DNA from: a virus
Length of the DNA stretch: 64,000 bases
Strand: one strand, 5' to 3'
Virus record (IMG/VR): IMGVR_UViG_3300035703_000011
The notes under the pieces are model-generated. The model had not been told where the DNA came from, ran no database searches, and saw only the letters and a list, made by a program, of their open reading frames with translations. Made by a program: the position numbers and the translations under genes. Positions 1-8,747 of this stretch are shown piece after piece (position 1 is the first letter of the stretch; each line of letters starts with the position of its first letter).

Positions 1-327
1 GAGCACCTGCAGCACCCTGTGCTCCTACAGCACCTTGAGCACCTGCAGCACCTTGTGCTCCTGTTGGACCTTGAGGTCCTTGTGATCCTTGAGCTCCTGC
101 AGCACCTTGAGCACCTGCAGCACCTTGTGCTCCTGTTGGACCTTGAGGTCCTATAGAACCTTGAGCACCTGCAGCACCTTGTGCTCCTGTTGGACCTTGA
201 GGTCCTTGAGCACCTGCAGCACCTTGAGCACCTTGAGCACCTGCAGCACCTTGTGCTCCTGTTGGACCTTGAGGTCCTCTGGCACCTTGAGCACCTGCAG
301 CACCCTGTGCTCCTTGAGGTCCACTAT
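1..327 (-). repeat. collagen-type G-X-Y coding tandem repeats (9-bp periodicity with longer ~60-70 bp units)
   Basis: Reverse complement reads GGT/GGA every third codon. Units such as gcaccttgagcacctgcagcaccttgtgctcctgttggaccttgaggtcc recur. Confidence 0.85.
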
Positions 328-1924
328 TTGGTGTGACCCATCTTAGACCAGACCCAGTGGAACTTAATACTGAACTAGCTGATCCCACATTATTATTAGA
401 ATCATAAATCCCACCAGTAATTCTTACATTACCTTGAACATGTAAATTCTGTGTTGAATTTGTGGTTCCTATGCCAACATTACCAATGCTTATTAATCCA
501 TTAGTGAATGTATGAATTCCTGTAATTGTTCTCCCTTCACTAATATGAACATACTGTGAATGATCATCATCAGATAAACCAGTTAAAGATCCATGATCAA
601 TAATTGTAGGTTGTGCTAATAAAGAAGCTGTTTGTGTTGTTCTTAAATCATATACTTCAATTAATCTTGCCTTTGGAGTATTTGTAAATGTACTATCAGT
701 CTCCCAAATAACCTTATAAAGAGGTCTAAATTCTAATGAAGGGAAATTGGGAAGATCTAAGTCATTAAAAGTAAGTGCCTCAATATCTGTCAGTTTATTT
801 GAAAATGTTTGTCCTAGTATTGCAAAAATTGGGTAGTTAAGATTATTGGAGGCAATAATCCATGAACATGTGTAATCTTTATTATTTGGACAATCTGGAG
901 TTGTCCAGGTTCCTCCTGTATTGAGATTATATTTTATCCTTGCTGTTCCCTGTTTAAGAGCATAGTCAGTAGGATAATCAAGAACCCATTCAGTTCCACT
1001 TAAATAAAATACTGGAATTCTTGCAGGACCTTCTAAATCTTGCTCCCAGGTATTTGCAGTAGGAGTATTGCTATGAGTAATATCAATTTGCAAATCCTCA
1101 TCAAAAATAGTTCCTCCTGCAATATCAAATTGAGCATCAGTATTTGAGGAACCATCACCTGTAGTAGTATAATTGGACATTCCAAGTCCATTTGCATAGA
1201 CTGCCCCACGAGTCCTATGTAAATATTCATGAGTAGCCCAATCTAGGGTCACACCATGTCTTTCATCTCCAAAATAATATGCAGTTCCTACACCTGCATT
1301 CCAATAGACATAAGCAGTTGGCGTATCATTATCCCAGACAAAATAACTTGACCTATAAGTAAGAATGCCAACAGGATCAAAATAAATGTAATAGATTCCT
1401 GATGTATTGGGGATTGTTGTAGATTGTGTTGTATTATAAGTATATTTTTCTGCCTGACACCATACATCAAAACTTGTGCTTACTGGTGAAATACTAAAGG
1501 TTCTATTGGATGAATTAAATGCAATTGTAGATTCATTTTTATCCTCATGACCTATTGGTTCTTTTGTTGCATCAGTGAGTTCTTTTGTTAGTACCTGATA
1601 CTGACCTTCATATAGTTGAGATGAGGTAGTGATTCCAGATACATTGACATCACCAACAACTGCCAATTTTACTGTTGGTAGAGTGCTTCCTACTCCAACA
1701 TTACCAGCAGTAAAATAAGTATTATATGCTGTACTTCCTACACCCACACTCCAAGGATTAATTGCAACAACTGTGGTCCCTATGCCAATGCTGCTCTGAT
1801 CCTTTTGAATATAAATTTTACCATCAAAAGTATTAATGGCTAACTCAGCTGCAGGCAAATCTGAAACTGTAGGGACTTTTCCGGGAACAGAAGATCTTTT
1901 AAACTTTACCTTTGGGTCAGCCAT
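1..1924 (-). CDS. tail-fibre-like structural protein with C-terminal collagen-like region (partial; 3' end runs off the window; absent from ORF track)
   Basis: Hand translation from the ATG (complement of 1922-1924, GAGG about 7 nt upstream) gives [41 protein letters not shown]. The frame stays open to position 1, and no other long ORF is listed here. Contains (V/I)G(I/V)G(T/S) fibre-type motifs. The last ~105 codons are G-X-Y ([13 protein letters not shown]). Confidence 0.75.
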   Translation of the reverse strand, partial: MADPKVKFKRSSVPGKVPTVSDLPAAELAINTFDGKIYIQKDQSSIGIGTTVVAINPWSVGVGSTAYNTYFTAGNVGVGSTLPTVKLAVVGDVNVSGITTSSQLYEGQYQVLTKELTDATKEPIGHEDKNESTIAFNSSNRTFSISPVSTSFDVWCQAEKYTYNTTQSTTIPNTSGIYYIYFDPVGILTYRSSYFVWDNDTPTAYVYWNAGVGTAYYFGDERHGVTLDWATHEYLHRTRGAVYANGLGMSNYTTTGDGSSNTDAQFDIAGGTIFDEDLQIDITHSNTPTANTWEQDLEGPARIPVFYLSGTEWVLDYPTDYALKQGTARIKYNLNTGGTWTTPDCPNNKDYTCSWIIASNNLNYPIFAILGQTFSNKLTDIEALTFNDLDLPNFPSLEFRPLYKVIWETDSTFTNTPKARLIEVYDLRTTQTASLLAQPTIIDHGSLTGLSDDDHSQYVHISEGRTITGIHTFTNGLISIGNVGIGTTNSTQNLHVQGNVRITGGIYDSNNNVGSASSVLSSTGSGLRWVTPNSGPQGAQGAAGAQGARGPQGPTGAQGAAGAQGAQGAAGAQGPQGPTGAQGAAGAQGSIGPQGPTGAQGAAGAQGAAGAQGSQGPQGPTGAQGAAGAQGAVGAQGAAGA

Positions 1925-1953
1925 TCAAAACCTCATTGATGGTATATACCTCT

Positions 1954-1975
1954 ATCCTCAGTATATACTGAGGAT
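1954..1975 (-). promoter_or_regulatory. 22-nt perfect palindrome (5' leader hairpin candidate)
   Basis: ATCCTCAGTATATACTGAGGAT lies between a late-promoter-like box (1984-1991) and the ATG at 1924. No T-run follows it, so it is not a classic terminator. Confidence 0.4.
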
Positions 1976-1983
1976 TATTAACT

Positions 1984-1991
1984 TATTTATC
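1984..1991 (-). promoter_or_regulatory. T4-type late promoter-like box (GATAAATA)
   Basis: Reverse complement of tatttatc, about 60 nt upstream of the ATG at 1924. It has the same CTTATTTATCAA context as the box at 24062. Confidence 0.4.
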
Positions 1992-2181
1992 AAAAATCAG
2001 ATGGTTCCTCTAATTTTTTTCTACTTTTAGATGACTCTAATTTAGTAATTTTATCTGTCAATTCACTAGTTAAGGATGATAAAGAAGTAATTTTAGCTTC
2101 ATAAATTACAACTTGATTTGATAACTCTGAAACTTTTTTTTGATATGCAGATAATAAAACTTGGTAATCAATATCGTTCAT
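1990..2181 (-). CDS. small coiled-coil protein (63 aa), possible fibre assembly/accessory protein
   Basis: Track ORF 1990..2196. The ATG at 2181 overlaps the TGA of the upstream gene (TGATG), so that start is preferred. Sequence is heptad-like (SELSNQVVIYEAKITSLSSLTSELTDKITKLE). Confidence 0.5.
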   Translation of the reverse strand: MNDIDYQVLLSAYQKKVSELSNQVVIYEAKITSLSSLTSELTDKITKLESSKSRKKLEEPSDF

Positions 2182-3842
2182 CAGAATGTCCCACAATCAA
2201 CTGTAATATTTTCCAAAAATCTTTGTGATGATGTGCAAGAAATTACCTGTGAAGTTCCAGCACAATCAGTCACCCAAAGATCTTTGATTTGAAGTGAAGC
2301 ATAAGCATTTGCAGTTAGCACACCAGTAGATTCAGATATATCAGATGCAATACCAACTCTTTGTAGACTGTCATCCCAATAGACTGATGCCTTTTTGGAA
2401 GATCCATTGTACCAATTGAATATAATTCCAAGATCAAGATTTAGATCTGAAGATGGTGGAACAAGAGATCCTCCACTATTAACTAGACCCAAATCAATTA
2501 AAGTGTCCTCAACTTTTAATGCAGAGGTATTAACTTCAGTTGTATTTCCTAGGACATACAAATTTCCACTAATTGTGACACTGTTTGCAAATCCTACAGC
2601 ACCAGTAGTATTAGTAATTGTAATTGCATTTGTGCCATCTTTTGCTTTTACTGCAGAAGTTTCTACAGTTGGCACATCAAGTAAAGTTGTAATATTGACT
2701 GTATCTGGCAAACCAACAGTAACTGTTTGACCAGAAACTGAGGTATTAACTTCATTTGCAGTTCCAGAAATTGTCAGAGTTTGTGAAGTATTAACTGTGC
2801 TTGGACCACCAGAATCTGCATTCAATCCAAGAGTTAAATCAACAGCATCTACATATGCCTTTACAGCTGCCTGAGTTGGTAAATATGAATTACTATTTTC
2901 TACAAGATTTGTACTTATAGAAATTCCAGTAATACCAATTCCTGAAGTTCCACTAAGTTTAAAAGTTCCTGTGGTAGTGATTCCAGAAACAGTAACATAA
3001 TCAAATTCACTATTGCCAAGAACATCAATTCCACCATTAAAATCAGAAAATCCAGAGAAAGTAGAAAGTCCAGATACACTTATATTTTGTCCAATATTTA
3101 AAGATTTTTGTAGTCCTACTCCTCCAATGAATATAAATGAACCATTAGAAGAAGTGGTTGAATCAGTGCCATTTGCAACAGTGGTTATACCAAGTATCCT
3201 AACATCACTATCTGCTAAGATAGTGCCATCAACCATCAAATCTCCACTTACTGAGGCTATGCCAACCACAGAAAGTTCTTGAATTTCAGCATGAGCCTGA
3301 ACATCAAGATTATTATTTGTAATTGTCAGTCCATTAAATGTAGAAATACCTGAAACATAGATATTTCCACCAATATTAACAGACTTTGATACTCCTAATC
3401 CCCCAGCAATTTGAACTGCCCCATTAGTATAAGCAGTGGAATCAGTAGTATTACTAAATGTGGCTATTCCACTAAATGATGCTTCTGGAAATTGATTAGA
3501 CCATTCTAGAGTTCCAGTAGAATTAGTCTTTAAGAAATAACCATTAACTATTGTTTCTGGGAATGTATAAGTTACACCAGCTCCAGAAATAGTATCTGGA
3601 GACTTCAATGATACAAACTTTACTCCATTTTTATCTACTAAATTTAACTTGAGAGCAGATGTTCCATTTTCTCTGATCCAATATCTAGAGCTACCAAAAA
3701 ATTTATTATTGGCAATAGTATTATCTAGACCAATATAAAAATCGTATCTGTCAGTAGTAAATCCAGGTTCACCTGCCTTAAAGCTAGTTACTCCTACATT
3801 AGAGGATGGACCTCTTTTAAACTGAAGTACTGGTGATGGCAT
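2181..3842 (-). CDS. tail-fibre-like structural protein (553 aa)
   Basis: The N-terminus MPSPVLQFKRGPSS...TDRYDFYIGL resembles the N-termini of the neighbouring fibre genes. The protein is Ser/Thr/Gly/Asn-rich and beta-rich throughout. Confidence 0.8.
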   Translation of the reverse strand: MPSPVLQFKRGPSSNVGVTSFKAGEPGFTTDRYDFYIGLDNTIANNKFFGSSRYWIRENGTSALKLNLVDKNGVKFVSLKSPDTISGAGVTYTFPETIVNGYFLKTNSTGTLEWSNQFPEASFSGIATFSNTTDSTAYTNGAVQIAGGLGVSKSVNIGGNIYVSGISTFNGLTITNNNLDVQAHAEIQELSVVGIASVSGDLMVDGTILADSDVRILGITTVANGTDSTTSSNGSFIFIGGVGLQKSLNIGQNISVSGLSTFSGFSDFNGGIDVLGNSEFDYVTVSGITTTGTFKLSGTSGIGITGISISTNLVENSNSYLPTQAAVKAYVDAVDLTLGLNADSGGPSTVNTSQTLTISGTANEVNTSVSGQTVTVGLPDTVNITTLLDVPTVETSAVKAKDGTNAITITNTTGAVGFANSVTISGNLYVLGNTTEVNTSALKVEDTLIDLGLVNSGGSLVPPSSDLNLDLGIIFNWYNGSSKKASVYWDDSLQRVGIASDISESTGVLTANAYASLQIKDLWVTDCAGTSQVISCTSSQRFLENITVDCGTF

Positions 3843-3861
3843 GACTTACTCCTATTTTTAC

Positions 3862-3869
3862 TATTTATT
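3862..3869 (-). promoter_or_regulatory. late promoter-like box (AATAAATA)
   Basis: Reverse complement of tatttatt, 19 nt upstream of the ATG at 3842. Confidence 0.4.
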
Positions 3870-3871
3870 TT

Positions 3872-4168
3872 TTAGAAAGTTCCTGCATCTAAATCAATTC
3901 TATCATCCAAATCTACATCCATTCTATTCAAGAATGTGGAGGCATATCCTACCAATCCTGGTTGAATAGATTCTGAACCTGCAGCATAATTTAGAACTTC
4001 ATCAGGATTTACCATCTTATACTTTTGGGATGATGCATCATACACTAACACGTATTTATCATTTGCTGATGATGGATCAAAATCTATTAAATCTTGAAGT
4101 CTTGTAGTGGGCACGTTAGATACTACCTCTAGTGTAGATGAAGTGGTTAATTCTACTTGTATGTCCAT
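3872..4168 (-). CDS. hypothetical structural-module protein (98 aa)
   Basis: ORF packed between fibre genes. Its start overlaps the stop of the upstream ORF at 4168. It ends in the same ...D-x-G-T-F motif as the 553-aa protein. Confidence 0.6.
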   Translation of the reverse strand: MDIQVELTTSSTLEVVSNVPTTRLQDLIDFDPSSANDKYVLVYDASSQKYKMVNPDEVLNYAAGSESIQPGLVGYASTFLNRMDVDLDDRIDLDAGTF

Positions 4169-4494
4169 TAGGATGAAGTTCCTTTTACTGTAATAGTTCC
4201 CTCTACAACTTTAGATGTAGATCCAGAAAAACTAATCAAAACATCATAAACATATCTTCCAATTGGAATGGTGGAGGTTATTGTACTTGCCATACCAATA
4301 GTAATTGTTCCTTCAGATGGTGAAACTATGTTAATAGTTAATGGATATGATGTAGAAGCCCCATAATGTTTTCTCATTTTTGAGGTGCAAGTATATCCAC
4401 CTAAGTTAATTGGAGCACCATCCTGCTTTAACTTTAATGATGTAAGAAAGGTGACTCCTTTATCAATAGTTAAATTTACTGAAGGTACTGCCAT
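4168..4494 (-). CDS. Ig-like/beta-sandwich structural protein (108 aa)
   Basis: The pattern DG.PINL.GYT....R.......PL...I......G.I.I........IP.G.Y.YD......G.....V.G.I.V is typical of phage Ig-like (BppU-N-like) domains. Motif-level call only. Confidence 0.55.
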   Translation of the reverse strand: MAVPSVNLTIDKGVTFLTSLKLKQDGAPINLGGYTCTSKMRKHYGASTSYPLTINIVSPSEGTITIGMASTITSTIPIGRYVYDVLISFSGSTSKVVEGTITVKGTSS

Positions 4495-4510
4495 TGTTCA
4501 AGTTTATAAT

Positions 4511-4518
4511 TATTTATA
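4511..4518 (-). promoter_or_regulatory. perfect T4 late promoter box (TATAAATA)
   Basis: Reverse complement of tatttata, 17 nt upstream of the ATG at 4494. Confidence 0.55.
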
Positions 4519-4525
4519 CTAACCA

Positions 4526-5209
4526 TCAAATCCAAAATGGGTCTTTACTGTAATTGAAAGTTTCAAAATCTTTTTTATATATTTGTTTCACCTTTTCTAT
4601 CATTTCATCATCATAATACTTTGAATAGTCTTTCACATAATTGCCAACATTAGTTTTTGTAGTCAATATATTTTTCAAATTGAAATCATTCCCAAGTTGT
4701 TGCAAATCATCTTCAATTTTATAGATTCTATCATACTTAATTTGACCATCAGAATTTGTCAAAAAGTCACATTGATTTGCAAATAGATTGATGGGAAAGG
4801 ATGGTTGAAGATCTAAAAAGTATTTGTAATCGAATACTTCCTTGAATGATAAAGTTCTATTAAATTCTGGAAAAAAATCAGATGAAAATGCTTTTAAAAT
4901 TTCATGATATGATGAAACTGCCCAAGCATAAGGATTTCTTACTATTGAAAAAATTTTTAGTTTACTGCAATTAAAAACTTTTTCATAAATGGATAATGGA
5001 ATATGCTTAGATAGTATTGGATAGGATTCTTTGAGAAGAGCAACATCTCTATTCAAAGTGAGATTATTCCACCAGTAATCATAAGCTTTATTTGTAATAT
5101 AGACGTTTTCAAAAATGTGATTATCAGAATTTAAAAATAATTCCTTTAAATTAGTTCCAGATGTTTTTGGTATATGAATATACAACCATTCTCTATTAAT
5201 TACAAACAC
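4526..5209 (-). CDS. sulfotransferase family protein (Sulfotransfer_2-like)
   Basis: IHIPKTSGTNL (5'-PSB-like PAPS loop) and VRNPYAWAVSSY (3'-PB-like RNPxxRxxS motif). Confidence 0.75.
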   Translation of the reverse strand: MFVINREWLYIHIPKTSGTNLKELFLNSDNHIFENVYITNKAYDYWWNNLTLNRDVALLKESYPILSKHIPLSIYEKVFNCSKLKIFSIVRNPYAWAVSSYHEILKAFSSDFFPEFNRTLSFKEVFDYKYFLDLQPSFPINLFANQCDFLTNSDGQIKYDRIYKIEDDLQQLGNDFNLKNILTTKTNVGNYVKDYSKYYDDEMIEKVKQIYKKDFETFNYSKDPFWI

Positions 5210-5210
5210 A

Positions 5211-6152
5211 CTAATTTAAATCAGTAGAATAACCAAACATCTCAAATTCATCCAGACATTTTTTCTGCACTGCTTTTATGGATTCCTCTGTATAAACATT
5301 AGTGTATTGTTTGCCAGGAACATCATTAACTTTTTTATCTGACCAACTGACTCCATTTTCTTGGAAAAATAATTTAACTTCAGTATTCAGATCTTCAAAT
5401 TTCATTATTTTCAAACTATCATCATATCCTTTAAGAAAAAATGTTTGTCCTTGCATAAAGTAATAGTGATTATAATTTCCATCTGCCCATGAAGTCACAA
5501 AATCATTAAATTTATCTTCCACTTCAGGAAATTCTAGATTCCCTGGAAGGCCATAAATTCTAGACCATTTCCATAAACTATAAACTCTATCATATGGATT
5601 TCTAACAACAGTAATAAACTTAACTCTTTCATCATTTGACAATTCTATATGTTCTTTTACAAAAGAAATTCTAGGAGCATTTTTAATTGGTGTGGAAAAA
5701 ATATTATTATTGACAAAGGGGTCTAAAATTTTGGAAGTTTCTACACATTCTTTGATTCTGGATTTAATAAACATTCCTGCAGTTTTAGGAATATGAATAT
5801 AAATCCATGCCTTACCTTGAGAATTTAAAATATTACTTAGACCTTCATTGCTACTAGAACCATTATTGTTATTTAAAACATATGTTCGTTTAGCTTCATC
5901 AAAAACTACATCTGGAAAATTTTCTTCTGCATAAGGTTCTAGTGCATCAAGATATGGTTGCAAAATTGAAACATCATTAAAAGATGACTCAATTATAGAT
6001 CCCTTTTTGAATTGAACAGACCCTTTTCCATCTTTCCATTCTATACTCTCTATATGATTATCATCAAAATCCCACTTTGGAATATTTAATGATACCTCAT
6101 CTGTTTTTATCCATCTCATTGATGGAACAATAGTTATGTTCATGGCAATCAA
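5211..6152 (-). CDS. sulfotransferase family protein with ~110-aa N-terminal extension
   Basis: IYIHIPKTAGMFI and VVRNPYDRVYSLW motifs. It is a paralogue-type neighbour of the ORF at 4526 and sits 1 nt from it. Confidence 0.75.
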   Translation of the reverse strand: MIAMNITIVPSMRWIKTDEVSLNIPKWDFDDNHIESIEWKDGKGSVQFKKGSIIESSFNDVSILQPYLDALEPYAEENFPDVVFDEAKRTYVLNNNNGSSSNEGLSNILNSQGKAWIYIHIPKTAGMFIKSRIKECVETSKILDPFVNNNIFSTPIKNAPRISFVKEHIELSNDERVKFITVVRNPYDRVYSLWKWSRIYGLPGNLEFPEVEDKFNDFVTSWADGNYNHYYFMQGQTFFLKGYDDSLKIMKFEDLNTEVKLFFQENGVSWSDKKVNDVPGKQYTNVYTEESIKAVQKKCLDEFEMFGYSTDLN

Positions 6153-6631
6153 TAAATTATACTGTTTCTCTTTATATCTATAAACAAAAATTTCATAGGT
6201 TTATCTGATAAATTATATCCCTCATGGATATAGTCCATTACTTCGTATATTTGAGGAACTCCTTCCTCCCAAAATACCTTTTCACCATTCCAAATCATAT
6301 AACATTTGTCTTTATCTGGTATTTCAATGGGAATTTGAATTCTTTTATATGGTTCTTTGTAAATATTTGGATCTTTATGAGGTCCAAGTTCTGTTCCTTG
6401 ATCAAAAACTGCAAACATTGAAAATAATATATCATCATTCTCTAATATTTTTTCTATTTTTTGATTTTTTATTGTACTTTTTCTTATTATAGAATTTTTT
6501 CTATTTTTCTTTAACCAACAAAATTTAATTGGAACTGAAGAATATCCATCAGCAGTAGGACCAAATCTTAATGGCAATTCAGTATTTTTTGCCCACTCAA
6601 AAAGAATATTTAATTCATTTTTTTCAATCAT
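6149..6631 (-). CDS. aspartyl/asparaginyl beta-hydroxylase-like (LpxO-like) 2OG-Fe(II) cupin
   Basis: LGPHKDPN...RIQIPIEIP...CYMIWNGEKVFWEEG...IHEGYNLSD...FLFIDI matches the pH.D...R.h.p...P...W.eG...H...N layout of the Asp_Arg_Hydrox family. There is a 4-nt overlap with the downstream gene. Confidence 0.6.
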   Translation of the reverse strand: MIEKNELNILFEWAKNTELPLRFGPTADGYSSVPIKFCWLKKNRKNSIIRKSTIKNQKIEKILENDDILFSMFAVFDQGTELGPHKDPNIYKEPYKRIQIPIEIPDKDKCYMIWNGEKVFWEEGVPQIYEVMDYIHEGYNLSDKPMKFLFIDIKRNSIIY

Positions 6632-6632
6632 T

Positions 6633-7124
6633 TTAAATTTGAGTAAAAATAACTGCTACTGAATTTTGGTTGAGATCTAAACTATATTCTTTTCCAGAAA
6701 CTAAAGATGCATAATTGTATCTTTTAAATTTTTTATCATTCACTATCATAGTACCATCTAAACAAATTAATATAGATTTTTTATCTTCTTTTATTATTTT
6801 TGTATTTTCATTCAACATTTTAGCATTCCAATGAATATTTTTATCCATTGTATTGAATCCAATTAGACAAAAGTCCTCATGAGATTGGAATATTACTTCA
6901 GAATTTACATAATCTCTAACATCTACTAACTTTTTTGATTCTATTAAAATGTAATCAGATTCAAAAATTTTTCCAAATTTTCCAGAACCATACAATCCAT
7001 AGTAAAAAATTGTATATCTTTCATTTGGATGCTCTGCTAGAACATAACCCTTTTCGCCAATATTAACACACAAAGTAAAATCTTCACAATTTCTATGAAA
7101 TCTTCTACAAGTAGGATCTCTCAT
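6633..7124 (-). CDS. hypothetical protein (163 aa), beta-rich, possibly cupin-like
   Basis: ORF abuts its neighbours (1-nt gaps). No diagnostic motif recognised. Confidence 0.55.
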   Translation of the reverse strand: MRDPTCRRFHRNCEDFTLCVNIGEKGYVLAEHPNERYTIFYYGLYGSGKFGKIFESDYILIESKKLVDVRDYVNSEVIFQSHEDFCLIGFNTMDKNIHWNAKMLNENTKIIKEDKKSILICLDGTMIVNDKKFKRYNYASLVSGKEYSLDLNQNSVAVIFTQI

Positions 7125-7466
7125 TTATAACATTGATGTAAATATGTGACTTCCATTTAGTATTTCTTCCAAATCAACACCAACAATTTTATCAACATAG
7201 TCATTCAAATCTTCAGAATCTATTTCCTCTACTATTTGATTTTCATGGTGAATTGGTTCATCTTCTATTTGCTTTCTGACAACATGCATCAAATTCATAA
7301 TTATTGAATGTTTAAAATTTTCATAACTACTAAAATCAATGTGCATAACATCTAAGGCAATAGAAGGATACTTATCTATTACTTTAGGAGCATTTTGCCT
7401 ACAACATTTTATTACAATTTGTTCAGTGTCTGGAAGATACTCTACTATTTTAAATATTAATTTCAT
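7125..7466 (-). CDS. hypothetical acidic protein (113 aa)
   Basis: First ORF behind the late-promoter-like box at 7487. Contiguous with the next ORF. Confidence 0.55.
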   Translation of the reverse strand: MKLIFKIVEYLPDTEQIVIKCCRQNAPKVIDKYPSIALDVMHIDFSSYENFKHSIIMNLMHVVRKQIEDEPIHHENQIVEEIDSEDLNDYVDKIVGVDLEEILNGSHIFTSML

Positions 7467-7486
7467 AAATTTGACCCTAGGTTTTT

Positions 7487-7494
7487 ATATTTAT
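7487..7494 (-). promoter_or_regulatory. late promoter-like box (AATAAATA)
   Basis: Reverse complement of tatttatt, 20 nt upstream of the ATG at 7466. It overlaps the stop of the glycine-rich ORF. Confidence 0.4.
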
Positions 7495-7898
7495 TCAGGT
7501 GTAGTAAAATAATCTATGCTTCCTATGATTGTTCCATTATTATATAAAGTCAAAAAATTTGGGAGAAAACCAGCAGCTGGAGTAACAAGTATAGCACCTC
7601 CATTTGCACCAGGATTTCCTCCACCTTGATTAGCAGTATCTTGTCCTTTCTGAGCATTTTGTGATGGATCTCCACCATCTCCACCACGACCTGCTTCTCT
7701 TCCTCCATTGCCACCAGTTCCTCTAACTGTTTCTGACCCTGCAGTTCCTGCAGATCCCGAACCTCCTTGTCCTGCTACACCAGTTGATGTAGTTGTTCCC
7801 CCTGCTCCTCCAGGAAGTCCAGCACCTCCACCTCCTCCACCTCCAGTGGAGGTTCCTCCACCTCCACCGCCGCCTCCGCCACCTCCTTTTCCTCCCAT
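7491..7898 (-). CDS. glycine-rich protein (135 aa; poly-Gly N-terminus)
   Basis: MGGKGGGGGGGGGGGTSTGGGGGGGAGLPGGAGG... A strong SD (TAAGGAGGT) lies 7 nt upstream of the ATG. The region is a GC-rich island in an AT-rich genome. Confidence 0.65.
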   Translation of the reverse strand: MGGKGGGGGGGGGGGTSTGGGGGGGAGLPGGAGGTTTSTGVAGQGGSGSAGTAGSETVRGTGGNGGREAGRGGDGGDPSQNAQKGQDTANQGGGNPGANGGAILVTPAAGFLPNFLTLYNNGTIIGSIDYFTTPE

Positions 7899-7910
7899 TA
7901 GTTTACCTCC

Positions 7911-8744
7911 TTACCTAGATCTAAATCCACCAGCACCACCACCACCAAATCCACACTGAATGTATCCATTATTTGTCAAAGTGGTTTGATAATCAATACC
8001 TATGGCACTGGATCCAGGAGATCCTGCACCAGCATTAAATGATACAGATGTTGCACTCCAATTTCTACGTGCCTCATATCCATAAAATCCATATTTTCCA
8101 CTTTGGATAAAAACTGTATTGCCTGGATACCATCCAGAAGTCCAATCCCCTGATGGTGGGGATGGATCATATCCTTTACATTGGGATAAGTATACATTAC
8201 CCTTATATTCTCTGAAATGAAGGCATGGTTCTGCATAAACTGCAGTTCCACTTTCACCTGTTGTTGTTGCAGTAAAGTCTCCTCCTTTACCACCAGAACC
8301 AATGATTCTTGCACTAGAACCCAAAAGAACCTCAAGAGTTGCTGAAGTTCCCCAAGTACCAGTTCTCAATGCCACATGATTTCTTGATGCACTAGAAGAT
8401 CCTATTGTCTTATTTACACTGACCAATATTCTTTTTTGACTTGGATCTGCAGGTCTAGATGTAAATCCTCCTATAACAGTGACACCAGCATTAGTATCAT
8501 ATTTTGATCTCATATTCACACGATCTTCTCTGGCACCAGAAATATCTACAACAATGTTTAATCTCTTTCCTCTTAATTGACTAAAACTAATTGGCCCACT
8601 TTGAGGAATACCTGTATCTAAAGGTAGGTTTGAATATAATCCTGCAGATTGAGATACTCTATATGCTCCTAGAGATTTAGATCCATTTCTACCAAATTCA
8701 GACTCTATATCAGAAAATGCTATAGTTCCTGTTGGAGTAGGCAT
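7911..8744 (-). CDS. fibre-associated protein with glycine-rich segments (277 aa)
   Basis: Lies directly downstream of the 1,621-aa fibre gene. The N-terminus TIAFSDIESEFG...SLGAYRV is followed by GSGGKGGDF, GAGSPGSS and a C-terminal GFGGGGAGGF. Confidence 0.7.
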   Translation of the reverse strand: MPTPTGTIAFSDIESEFGRNGSKSLGAYRVSQSAGLYSNLPLDTGIPQSGPISFSQLRGKRLNIVVDISGAREDRVNMRSKYDTNAGVTVIGGFTSRPADPSQKRILVSVNKTIGSSSASRNHVALRTGTWGTSATLEVLLGSSARIIGSGGKGGDFTATTTGESGTAVYAEPCLHFREYKGNVYLSQCKGYDPSPPSGDWTSGWYPGNTVFIQSGKYGFYGYEARRNWSATSVSFNAGAGSPGSSAIGIDYQTTLTNNGYIQCGFGGGGAGGFRSR

Positions 8745-8747
8745 TGT

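Noticed and set aside
89-346. Plus-strand 85-aa ORF (Ser/Thr/Cys/Leu-rich) at the window start.
   Set aside because: It is the antisense mirror of collagen G-X-Y codons. The minus-strand frame is continuous with a fibre protein N-terminus at 1924.
7708-7959. Plus-strand 83-aa proline-rich ORF (PPPPPPP...).
   Set aside because: It is the antisense of the poly-Gly coding region (GGN versus NCC). The minus-strand ORFs have a strong SD and proper coupling.
8000-8335. 111-aa minus-strand ORF in another frame inside 7911..8744.
   Set aside because: It is nested in a longer ORF with a coherent fibre-associated sequence, and it has no independent signals.
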